Positions 31,633-40,959 of a stretch of 64,000 nt of DNA are shown piece after piece. Numbering within the stretch: position 1 is the stretch's first letter; each line of letters opens with the position of its first letter. The DNA is from an uncultured Planctomycetaceae bacterium (GTDB taxonomy: Bacteria; Planctomycetota; Planctomycetia; Planctomycetales; Planctomycetaceae), in the NCBI GenBank assembly GCA_963815195.1, contig CAWFGE010000008.1, positions 32,001 through 96,000 of the forward strand, read 5' to 3'. The position numbers and the translations under genes are program-made. The notes below the pieces were generated by a model. The model saw only the letters and a program-made list of their open reading frames with translations, did not search any database and was not told the origin of the DNA.

Positions 31633-32940
31633 ATGCCCGCAACCACGCCGATCCGCGTCTCCGAAAGCGAACGCGAAAAGTTTTACGCCGCCGCTCGCGA
31701 TGCGTTCCTGATGCGTTCGCTGCGAACGGCGGGTCTCGATCCGAACAGAGGGCTGCAAGCTGCCCAAGCCGGCGGCGATTTCGACGCCATTAAACGCTGC
31801 CAGCACTTGGTGACGACCTTCCAAAAGCCCGCGGCCGGTCACGAGGATTTCAGGCATGTTTCCATGATCGACCTGGCCCGGATGTTCCTGGAAAAAGCCG
31901 GCGATCGCATTCCCGCGGGAATGCCGGGCGGGGCAATCGCGCAGCGGGCCATCCAGATGGGCCGCTTTGTGGAGATCAACCAATGGATGCAGCGCGACGC
32001 AGGCGCGTTTAACACCGTTGGAAGCTTTCCGAATCTGATGCTCGACGCCGCGAATAAAACGCTGCTCGCCGGATACGATGAGTCCCCGTTTACGTACACG
32101 CTTTGGGTGAGACAGGCCCCATCCGCCGCGGACTACAAGGAACTGAACCGCGTTCGGTTCGGCGAGATGCCGGACCCCGAGGCGATTCCCGAAAACGCGC
32201 CCTATCCTGAAAAACAAACCTCGGATGCCCGCTAACATTACCGCGTCGAAAAATATGGCGAGATGTTTTCGGTTTCGTTGGAGGCCATCGTCAATGATGA
32301 CCTGAACGCCATCTCGCGGATTCCTGCCATGCAGGGCGTCGCGATGCGGCGGAAAATCAACAAGGTTTGCTATCAGATTTTGACGGCGAACCCAGCGCTC
32401 TCGGATGGGATTTCGCTTTTCCATTTGACATCCCACGGGGCCAACCTGGACGCGAACGCATTAAGCAAGACGGCCCTTGATACCGGGTTCACGGTGATGG
32501 AAACCCAGACCGGCCTGAGTGGGGCCGGCACGGTTCTCGGCATCCGCCCGCGGTATCTCATCGTACCGTCGGCACTCGCGGCCACGGCCTACACGCTGAC
32601 GGCCTCCATGTCCGACCCCAGCCAAGCCAGCGCCAGCAACGAAGATGCCAGCCGGCCGGCATTCAGCGCAGGCGTCCGCAACCCTTACGGCCCCGGCGGG
32701 CCGCGGCCGTTGATGAGCGTACCCGAGCCGCAACTGGACGACACCAGCGCGACCCAATGGTTTCTTGCGGCCGACGCGTCCCAAATCGATACGGTGGAAA
32801 TCACGTTCCTTCGCGGGGAGGAAGCGCCGGTACTTCAGCGCGAGGAAGAATTCGCAACCGACGCCCTGAAATACAAAATCCGTCAGTCCTTCGCGGCCGC
32901 CGCGATCGATTTCCGCGGACTTTATCAAGGCAACGGCTAA
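31633..32940 (+). pseudogene. Major capsid protein (Mu gpT-like family) with in-frame TAA at 32233-32235
   Basis: SFPNLMLDAANKTLLAGY, KYGEMFSVSLEAIVNDDLNAISRIP, ANPALSDG..LFH, IRPRYLIVP, WFLAAD..QIDTVEITFL.GEEAP, AAAIDFRGLY; both ORFs share a frame. Confidence 0.88.
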
Positions 32941-32997
32941 CGGCTAGAGCCTCGAAATTCCTTCAGCCCCGAACCTCTTTCCAACAACGGCTTGAAT

Positions 32998-33699
32998 ATG
33001 ACCACCACATTAGAACGCATCGAGGAAGCCGAGCTGCGAGCCGGCGGGGATCTGGAACAACTCATTCTGGACGAAGCCCAAGGCGTGGAACGCGATCCCG
33101 AGGAAGCCCGGAGAATCCTTTTTTCGGCCGGCTGCTCGATCGAGGAGTTCAAAATTCTCGCGGGACGCAAACGCCAACGCGTGGCCGATGCCGAACTGGT
33201 CGCATCGGCCGATGGCCTCCTAAAAAACGCCATCGAACAAGAGCAACTCCGGGACCGCCTCATTGCCGAGCGGGACGCAAAACTCCAAAAAATTCACCGG
33301 GACTACGCGAAGCAGTTGGCCGACATCGAACACGACACGGCCAACGCCCAGGTTTTGGAGGCGCAACGCCGGCAAGCCGTCCGCCGGCTCGTCGGCACGG
33401 CTCCTGCGCCACTCCAGCGCGAAGAAGAGGCGCTCGCGGCCCGGATTCGCCGGCATCGCGTGACGATGGAAAATGCCCGCGAAGACTCGAATCTCCGGCG
33501 GCACGACATCCATTTGCTCTCCGCCCGTCTGGATCAAACCCCCCGCGGCGGCCCGCAAGCGAAAAACACACAAGCGGAACTCGATGCGGCCCGCGAGAGA
33601 TTGCGAAAGTCCGAATCGAATGTTTCCCGCCTCGACGCCGAACGCGAAAACCTCAACTCCGAAATGGATGAAATCCAACGGCGGAAACTGAACCCCTGA
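32998..33699 (+). CDS. Coiled-coil hypothetical protein
   Basis: Charged helical 233-aa ORF directly after the capsid gene. Confidence 0.65.
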   Translation: MTTTLERIEEAELRAGGDLEQLILDEAQGVERDPEEARRILFSAGCSIEEFKILAGRKRQRVADAELVASADGLLKNAIEQEQLRDRLIAERDAKLQKIHRDYAKQLADIEHDTANAQVLEAQRRQAVRRLVGTAPAPLQREEEALAARIRRHRVTMENAREDSNLRRHDIHLLSARLDQTPRGGPQAKNTQAELDAARERLRKSESNVSRLDAERENLNSEMDEIQRRKLNP

Positions 33700-34019
33700 T
33701 GTTCGCAAATGGCGAGTTGATTATCCGAACGCACATGGGCAACGGGCTGTTGACGCCCGGCATGCCCCCGCGGATCGGGTTTGAAGTCCGCTATCCCGGT
33801 ACGACGATCCGAGGCTATCTCGCCGATTCCCTGCAGCGCGAGGTTTACAAATTCCTCCGGCGGGAAAACCTCACCGGATCCGCGATCTTGCGGAGCGGCG
33901 ATTTGTACCTTGACGCCGGAACTCGCGAGGAACTCGCGGCGCTTCGGACCTTGATTGAATTATCCCTTCGGGAAGGCGATGGCCGCGCGATCGTCTCCGA
34001 AGAATTGATGACGCGTTGA
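33699..34019 (+). CDS. Hypothetical protein
   Basis: TGATG coupling with upstream gene. Confidence 0.6.
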   Translation: MFANGELIIRTHMGNGLLTPGMPPRIGFEVRYPGTTIRGYLADSLQREVYKFLRRENLTGSAILRSGDLYLDAGTREELAALRTLIELSLREGDGRAIVSEELMTR

Positions 34020-34088
34020 AGCGGCGGCCGCCGCGCGTTCCCGGCGGCGTAGCCGGGGAACGGGCCGGCGGTCTGAAAGGCGATCGCG

Positions 34089-34364
34089 ATGAGTTTTGAA
34101 TCCAACTACAGCGACGAAGTTGCGGCGAGCATCGAGCAACTGGGGGCCCAGCTTGCCCGGCTGAAAGCCGAAGAACGGCTGGCCCGGCAAATCGAACGCC
34201 CGGCAAACATCGGCGTTTTGGCCGACGCCCTCCGCCGGGACATGGCCCGGCTCGGCTGCGCGACGCTGGAAGAATACATCGAAGCGCGGATGGGGATTGC
34301 CGAAGTTTCGTTGCGGCCGGCCCTCCCGCCCATATCGGGGCCGTTCATCGCGATTTTGCTTTGA
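34089..34364 (+). CDS. Hypothetical protein
   Basis: ATG preceded by GAAAGG; helical 91-aa ORF. Confidence 0.55.
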   Translation: MSFESNYSDEVAASIEQLGAQLARLKAEERLARQIERPANIGVLADALRRDMARLGCATLEEYIEARMGIAEVSLRPALPPISGPFIAILL

Positions 34365-34389
34365 TTCTCACCGGCGGAACGGATTCCGA

Positions 34390-35076
34390 ATGCACTTCCT
34401 GATTTTCATTCCCGCCGCCGACACGCCCGCGGAGACGCCGACGCAGGCCCTCGAGCGCGTCGGGCTGGCCGACTTCATCCCAGGTCACGAAGGCATGGCC
34501 CACGCCGGCCCGAAGTCGCCCGATGACGTGGCACGCCCCGGAACCCTCATCGCCTGGCGGCGGCCGGGCAAAAACGACCGGATGCACGTGCAACCGAAAG
34601 AGCAAACTTGGATTCCCGCCTTGCCGAACGGTCCCGACGGCGAAGGCCGCGGCCGGTATCTTGTCGGGTTTTGGAACGATTCGCCGCCGACGCCCGATGA
34701 CCTCTTGCTGCCCCATGCCGATTGGGGCGAAAGCGTTGAACTCAACGATGGGAACCGGTGGGCGTTTCCCCAGGTGCAAAAATTCACCCGCGAACTTATC
34801 CGCGGGGAGAATGGCCAATGGCAGGCGCACGTCATGGAACGCCATCAGCGCTGCTTCTTTCAAGCCAACATCTGGCTGGAGATGATCCAAGACGATAAAC
34901 CGTTCGCGATGGCGGAACTGGCGGATTTCGTCGAGGAAACTTTGAAGCTCAACTACAGGCTGACGCCGGAAATCGCGAGTCATTTGCGGCTGTTCGACAC
35001 GAACAACATCCTAGAGGCACTCGCGGCGATTCTTAACTGTTCGATCGGTTTGAAAGGGGAATCGCGTGACGAATAA
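34390..35076 (+). CDS. Hypothetical phage protein, possibly tail assembly chaperone-like
   Basis: Precedes a tape-measure-like stub; LKLNYRLTPEIASHLRLF C-terminus; function inferred from position only. Confidence 0.45.
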   Translation: MHFLIFIPAADTPAETPTQALERVGLADFIPGHEGMAHAGPKSPDDVARPGTLIAWRRPGKNDRMHVQPKEQTWIPALPNGPDGEGRGRYLVGFWNDSPPTPDDLLLPHADWGESVELNDGNRWAFPQVQKFTRELIRGENGQWQAHVMERHQRCFFQANIWLEMIQDDKPFAMAELADFVEETLKLNYRLTPEIASHLRLFDTNNILEALAAILNCSIGLKGESRDE

Positions 35077-35170
35077 CATCTCCATAGAACTCGCGGCCGA
35101 TGACAAGTCGGTTCAGTCGGCGCTCGATAGAATGGGCAGCAACATCGACAAGGCCGCCAACCGCCGTTGA
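35066..35170 (+). pseudogene. Tape-measure-protein-like N-terminal stub
   Basis: GTG start overlapping upstream stop; MTNNISIELAADDKSVQSALDRMGSNIDKAANRR*. Confidence 0.4.
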
Positions 35171-35448
35171 CACGGGACCGGCGGCTTATTGTTAAGGTCA
35201 CTCCATGAAGAGGCCGTCTGCTTGCTTTCCTTCGCGAGGCCCAATGATTCGGAGCAAATCGTCCGCTTTTGCTGTCGTACTCACGTGCTTTGTGTAGCGT
35301 TTCAGATCGACAAGCTCTTCTTGCGTTTGTTCCTCGCCCCAGTCGGTGCAGCGATGCTTCCGACTGGCGGGAGGTCAAACTCAAAGTTATTCTGATACAG
35401 CACATTTGCGATTGTTTGGATCAGAGATTTTTGAAAGACCCAACCAAA

Positions 35449-36850
35449 ATGAACCGCTTCTCTCTTTCATGCTTCATCGTTTTCGCATTCGTCCAGGCGG
35501 GACTTGCCAAAGATGTTCGGCCCAATGTCCTGTTCATTGCGGTGGACGATATGCGGCCTGAGTTGGGTTGCTACGGGAAAAGCGAGATCAAGTCGCCGAA
35601 CATTGATCGCCTCGCGAAAAGCGGGATCGTCTTCGAGCGGGCGTACTGCATGGTGCCGACCTGCGGCGCGTCCCGCGCGAGTTTGATGACGGGGATTCGC
35701 CCCGCCCGCAGTCGGTTCATCAATTATCTGGCCTGGGCCGAGAAGGATGCTCCCGGGATCACCACGTTGAATACGCAGTTCAAACAGAACGGGTATTATA
35801 CGGTTTCGTTGGGCAAGGTGTTTCACCATCCCACGGACAATGCAAAGGGCTGGTCGGAACCGGCCTGGCGGCCCCAAGGGATTCCGTGGTATCGCCGACC
35901 CGAAAACCAGAAGTTGCATCAGGAGCGGCAACGGCAAGCACAGCGGAAACGGGGACCGGCCTGGGAAGCAGCGGACGTGGCGGACAATGCCTATGCCGAC
36001 GGCGTACTCGCCGACCGAGACCGTCGCCGACCTAGGGCGGCTCTCATCAAAAGAGCAGCCTTTCTTTCTCGCCGTGGGCTTTTTCAAGCCGCATTTGCCG
36101 TTCATCGCGCCTCAGAAATACTGGGATTTGTACGATCACGATAAGATTCATCTGCCCGAGACCTACCATGCTCCCAAGAATGCCCCGAAGGAGTCGCTTC
36201 ACAACTCCGGCGAGTTGCGGGCTTATGCGGGCATTCCTGCGAAAGGTCCGGTCTCGGATGAGACAGCCCGCAATTTGATCCACGCGTATTATGCCTGCGT
36301 CAGCTACACCGACGCCCAAATCGGCAAGCTGCTCGATGAACTCGACCGCTTAGGAATTGCCGAGAATACCCTTGTCGTCTTGTGGGGCGATCACGGCTGG
36401 AACCTCGGCGAGCACATGCTGTGGTGCAAGCACTGCTGCTACGAAACCTCGATGCACGCTCCGTTGATTGTGAAAGCCCCGAGCATCCAGGGCGGCAAAA
36501 CCACCAAAGGACTGACGGAATTCATCGACATCTATCCCTCGCTCTGCGAATTGGCGGGCTTGCCCCTTCCCGAGCATCTGCAGGGCCAGAGTTTTGTGCC
36601 GCTATTGAAGAAACCCGGTCAACGATGGAAAGCCGCCGCCGTGGGGCGATTTCAGAACGGCGACACAATTCGCACCGAACGCTTCCGCTTTACGGAGTAC
36701 ACGAATCCCAAAGGGAACCCTCTGGCGCGAATGCTTTACGACCACATGCTCGATCCCGGCGAAGATGAGAACGTCTCCGAAACCCGCCTTGAAACCGCCA
36801 CGCAATTGACCAAACAACTCCATGAACTGAAGGGCCGGGACGCGAAGTGA
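35449..36850 (+). CDS. Sulfatase (iduronate-2-sulfatase-like), frameshift near 36012
   Basis: Signal peptide, RPNVLFIAVDDMRP, CGASRAS, GKVFH, KPHLPF, WGDHGW. Confidence 0.92.
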
Positions 36851-37035
36851 GCATTCGATCCGAAGGCCGTCTCGGTTAACGCTTTTCCGTCGCCATGCGT
36901 TCTCGTCGGAGTCGCAGGCAGCGAGCCATCTGGTCGCGACGTAGCCTCTGCATCGAATACTCTTTATAGTAGAGGACGGTGGCGTTCTTCGCCTTCTTCG
37001 CGAATGGTCCTTCATTTTGATGGAACGCGCGGCCT

Positions 37036-39228
37036 ATGCATCGCAATTGTGTGCACGGGATCTCCCCGACCAGCGGCGGAAGTCGTTTGCTGCCGTTCTT
37101 GGCGGCGGGACTGGGATGTTGGCTTTTGGCGGCGTCCGCGCAAGCGGACGCGTTGGCTCCCGAGCCGCCCGTCACGGACAGCGACCGCGAGCATTGGGCG
37201 TTTCGACCGATGGTGCGGCCGCCGGTGCCCGGCGTCAAAAACACCGCCTGGCCGCGGAATGCGATCGATCGGTTTGTGCTGGCGAAGCTGGAAGCGGCGG
37301 AACTGGAGCCAATGCCCCCGGCCGACCGGGTGACGCTCATCCGCCGGGTGACGTTCGATCTGACCGGTTTGCCACCCACGCCCGCCCAAGTGCAAAACTT
37401 TTTAGACGACCCGGCTCCCGATGCTTACGAGCGGCTGGTCGATCGGCTGCTCGCTTCGCCGGAGTATGGCGTCCGCTGGGGACAGCATTGGCTCGATCTG
37501 GCCCGCTTTGCGGAGACCGACGGCTTCGAGCACGACAATGTTCGCCCCGAAGCCTGGCGGTATCGCGATTGGGTCGTGGACACCCTCAATGCCGATTTGC
37601 GTTACGACCGGTTCGTGCAAATGCAAATCGCCGGCGACGTGCTTTATGCGAAACAGCCCGACGATCGCGCCGCGGCGATTGCGACGGGCTTTCTGTTGTG
37701 CGGGCCCGACATGCCCGACATCAACCTGCAGGAAGAGCGCCGGCACAACGTGCTCAACGAAATAACGAGCACCGTCGGCTCGGTGTTCCTGGGCATGCAG
37801 ATCGGTTGCGCCCAATGCCACGATCACAAGTTCGATCCGATCAGCCAGCGGGATTTTTATCGACTGCGGGCGTTTTTCGAAAACGCCGACATCTTTCGCG
37901 ACCACCCGATTCCCTCGGCCGCAGACAAGGCCTGGCAAAAGGAACGCCTCGCGAAATTGGAAGCCGATATTTCCCAACTGGAGCAGGCCGCAATCAAGCG
38001 GTCTTCCAAAGAAGGCGAACTCGACCTCACGGCGGATTACGAAGCGATTCTCAAAAAGCATCTTTCCGCCCAGGAGCAGAAGCAGTACAAAACGTTGACC
38101 GCCGATTGGGACCGCCTGCGAAAACAGTCGCCCAAACCGCCTTTGGGCCGGGTGATGCGGGAAAAGGCCGGCCGGCCGAACGAGGCGTATTTGTGGATCC
38201 GCGGCGATTTCCGCCGGCCGGGACCGGAACTCGAACCGGCGTTTTTGCGGGTGGTCAATCCCGAAAACGAAAAGCCGGCCCCCGCGGAAAACCCCCGACT
38301 GGAACTCGCCCGCTGGCTCACCCGGTCCGATCATCCACTCACGACCCGCGTGATGGCGAATCGGCTTTGGCAGCATCATTTCGGCAAAGGGTTGTCCGAG
38401 TCTGCCAGCGATTTCGGAATCATGGGATTTGAGCCCACGCATCCGGAGCTGCTCGATTGGCTGGCGGCGGAACTCGCGGCGGACGGGAGTTTGAAGCGGA
38501 TGCACAGGCTGCTGGTCACATCGGCGGCTTATCGCATGGCCAGCCGACCGCAAAACCCACGTTGGACCGCAGCTCAAAACCAGGAAGCCCAAGCCCGCTG
38601 GCAAAAGGCGATGGAAGCCGATCCCGAAAACGAGCTTTTGACCCACATGCGCCGCAGGCGGCTGGAAGGCGAAACCCTCCGCGATACGCTGCTTTCCGTG
38701 ACGGGGACGTTGTCGGATCGGCGGGGCGGGCCGGGCGTGCGTCCGCCGCTGCCGCCGGAATTGTTATCGACGTTGCTCAAGAATCAATGGCCGGTGACGC
38801 AGGACGAGAAAGACCACCATCGGCGGAGCTTGTATTTGTTCGTGCGGCGGAATCTGCGGTTTCCAATTTTTGAAGTGTTCGATCAGCCCGACACGAACGC
38901 GAGTTGCCCGGTCCGTCCGCGTTCCACGATCGCCCCGCAAGCGTTGACGATGCTCAACTCCAAGCTCACCTTCACCGCAGCCGGGCAACTGGCCGAGCAA
39001 CTGCTCTCAGGCGAGGGATCGACCGATGCCGACCGCGTCCGCCGGGCGTTCCTGAAATTCTTCTCGCGCGAACCGACGCGGAAAGAAACGGCTCGGTCGC
39101 TCGAGTTTCTGAAAGCCCAAACCGATCGGCTGCGAAACGGCCGCGCGGAATCCCAAGCCCGCACCGACGCGTGGCGGGACTTCTGCCTGGCGATGTTCAA
39201 CACGAACGAGTTTCTGTACATCGATTGA
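37036..39228 (+). CDS. DUF1549/DUF1553 planctomycete protein
   Basis: HWAF, IDRFV, RRVTFDLTGLPPT, HWLDLARFAET, CAQCHDHKFDP, NRLWQHHFG, THPELLDWLA, QALTMLN, NEFLYID. Confidence 0.95.
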   Translation: MHRNCVHGISPTSGGSRLLPFLAAGLGCWLLAASAQADALAPEPPVTDSDREHWAFRPMVRPPVPGVKNTAWPRNAIDRFVLAKLEAAELEPMPPADRVTLIRRVTFDLTGLPPTPAQVQNFLDDPAPDAYERLVDRLLASPEYGVRWGQHWLDLARFAETDGFEHDNVRPEAWRYRDWVVDTLNADLRYDRFVQMQIAGDVLYAKQPDDRAAAIATGFLLCGPDMPDINLQEERRHNVLNEITSTVGSVFLGMQIGCAQCHDHKFDPISQRDFYRLRAFFENADIFRDHPIPSAADKAWQKERLAKLEADISQLEQAAIKRSSKEGELDLTADYEAILKKHLSAQEQKQYKTLTADWDRLRKQSPKPPLGRVMREKAGRPNEAYLWIRGDFRRPGPELEPAFLRVVNPENEKPAPAENPRLELARWLTRSDHPLTTRVMANRLWQHHFGKGLSESASDFGIMGFEPTHPELLDWLAAELAADGSLKRMHRLLVTSAAYRMASRPQNPRWTAAQNQEAQARWQKAMEADPENELLTHMRRRRLEGETLRDTLLSVTGTLSDRRGGPGVRPPLPPELLSTLLKNQWPVTQDEKDHHRRSLYLFVRRNLRFPIFEVFDQPDTNASCPVRPRSTIAPQALTMLNSKLTFTAAGQLAEQLLSGEGSTDADRVRRAFLKFFSREPTRKETARSLEFLKAQTDRLRNGRAESQARTDAWRDFCLAMFNTNEFLYID

Positions 39229-39351
39229 ACCGCGGCCAGGCCCGGCAGGATTCGCACAATCCTTGTGTCTGGCCCCGGCTCTGAAAAGCCCCTGGTTTAT
39301 CGCGATTTTCATACGTTGTGAGTCGGCCCGGCGGCCGATTGAGACAACGAT

Positions 39352-40350
39352 ATGGCCAAAAAACGTCCTTCCAAAGTGGAATCGGAATTGGAACTCGCCA
39401 GCGGCGATGAACTGGGGGAAGACTCGGCGGAAACGGCCGGTCCTTCCGCCGTCGCTCAGGTGCGAAGGCGCGTGTTTCGCCCCGCGGGGTTGTTCTTGCT
39501 GGCGATCGTTGCCGCGGTCGCTGTCGTGGGGCCGCGGCTGGCGGATCGCTTGCCCGATCTTTCCGGCCGCGCGGAATACCGTTTGCGGGCGGAGAACATT
39601 CACCTCACACAACGTCCGCATTGGGTCCCGCACGATCTGGTCGCGGAGGTGGCGAAGCTTGAGCAATGGGACGAAAAACCGATTTCGCTATTGGAAGAAT
39701 CCTGCTGCCAAGACATCGCCGCCGCGTTCGCCCGGCATCCGTGGGTGAAAACCGTCGAGCGGGTGCGGCTGCGTCCCGGAGCGCGCGTGGAGATGGAGAT
39801 CGCCTTCCGCCGGCCCGTGGCGATGGTCGAGGCGGGCCAAGGCAAGTATTATCCCGTCGATGCCGACGCCGTCTTGCTGCCGCCGGCGGATTTTTCGCGG
39901 GCCGACATCAAGCGGTATCCGCTCATCGAAAATCCGTCCACGCTGCCCCAGGGACCGGCGGGCAGCTATTGGGGAGACTTAATGGTCTTGGGGGCGGCGC
40001 GCTTGGCCGAACATCTCCTCCAGGCCCACGACGGGAAAACGACGCATTGGGAACATCTGAATCTCGCGAGCATTCAACTCCCCCGACGCACCACGGCCGA
40101 ACTGGACATCAAAGCCATCCAATACCGCCTCGTCACGAAGGACGGCTCGTGGATTCTCTGGGGCCGGGCGCCGGGCACCGATCATCCGGGCGAATTGACG
40201 GCGGAGCAAAAGATCGGCCGGCTGACGCAATACCTCGCGGACTTCGGAACCTTTCGCCCGACGCACGGACCTTTGGAAATCGACATTCGGCACTGGCAGG
40301 AAATCACCCAGCGCCGCCTGAGTTCCCTCGAAACCGCCCCCAAGCAATAG
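39352..40350 (+). CDS. FtsQ/DivIB-like membrane-anchored protein
   Basis: Single N-terminal TM; HPWVKTVERVR...EIAFRRPVAMV...YYPVD POTRA-like pattern; C-terminal EIDIR. Confidence 0.6.
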   Translation: MAKKRPSKVESELELASGDELGEDSAETAGPSAVAQVRRRVFRPAGLFLLAIVAAVAVVGPRLADRLPDLSGRAEYRLRAENIHLTQRPHWVPHDLVAEVAKLEQWDEKPISLLEESCCQDIAAAFARHPWVKTVERVRLRPGARVEMEIAFRRPVAMVEAGQGKYYPVDADAVLLPPADFSRADIKRYPLIENPSTLPQGPAGSYWGDLMVLGAARLAEHLLQAHDGKTTHWEHLNLASIQLPRRTTAELDIKAIQYRLVTKDGSWILWGRAPGTDHPGELTAEQKIGRLTQYLADFGTFRPTHGPLEIDIRHWQEITQRRLSSLETAPKQ

Positions 40351-40484
40351 GGACGCCGGGCAGTGCCCATCGGCCAGCCAATCGCCTTGGCGACTTTTCG
40401 GAAAATCCTGGCTTCGCGCACCATTTGAGGTACGATAAAAATAGAGAAACAACCCGTGGTTTCCAGAAAGGGCCAAATGTGCCG

Positions 40485-40814
40485 ATGACCGATCGATCAC
40501 TCCTGGAACGCCGCCGCCATGCCCGGCATCCCATCGAAGCCCAAATCACCGTCATGCCCGCGGAATTCTGGCAGACGAACCAGATGGAGGAATTGTTGGG
40601 CTGGACCCATAACATTTCCGAAGGCGGCGTGTGTTTTTCGCTCCCATCCGATCTTTCCCAGCGCGAACTCGTGCTGCACATCGACTACGAGGGAATGGGG
40701 GCGGAATACGTCCTGGCCAGCGTGGTCGGAAAACAGCCGGAAGCCGACGGTTGGCGCTATCATTGCCGCATCGACCGCACCCTGTCCGCCATCGACGCTT
40801 TGTCCTCTTTCTAA
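40485..40814 (+). CDS. Stand-alone PilZ domain protein
   Basis: ERRRHAR (RxxxR) and NISEGG (N/DxSxxG). Confidence 0.85.
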   Translation: MTDRSLLERRRHARHPIEAQITVMPAEFWQTNQMEELLGWTHNISEGGVCFSLPSDLSQRELVLHIDYEGMGAEYVLASVVGKQPEADGWRYHCRIDRTLSAIDALSSF

Positions 40815-40861
40815 CACGACCCCAAGCCCTTCGAGGCAAAGGACGTTCGGCAGCCAAAGCA

Positions 40862-40895
40862 AGGCCCCTTCAATTCGGAGCGTCGAAGGGGCTTT
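40862..40895. terminator. Hairpin between convergent genes
   Basis: GCCCCTTC...GAAGGGGC followed by TTT. Confidence 0.5.
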
Positions 40896-40959
40896 AGGAT
40901 TGCCGCGGCCCGCATAACGTGCCCGTTGTGCCACTGGTTCCGCCAGAATCGGGGAATTG

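Larger units (their letters stand above)
25890..35170 (+). mobile_element. Phage-derived element: PICI/satellite-like island or heavily deleted prophage
   Basis: Integrase remnant, HTH regulators, rep + loader, cos-like site, capsid protein, tail-related remnants, all on + strand; att sites not identified, so boundaries are approximate. Confidence 0.75.

Noticed and set aside
32233..32235. Programmed readthrough or alternative genetic code for the capsid TAA and toxin TAG
   Set aside because: TAA and TAG end many normal genes in this window; nonsense mutation or base error is simpler.
35171..35440. attR of the phage-like element
   Set aside because: No direct repeat matching the left junction found by eye; only a CCAGTCGG/CCGACTGG hairpin near 35339-35368.
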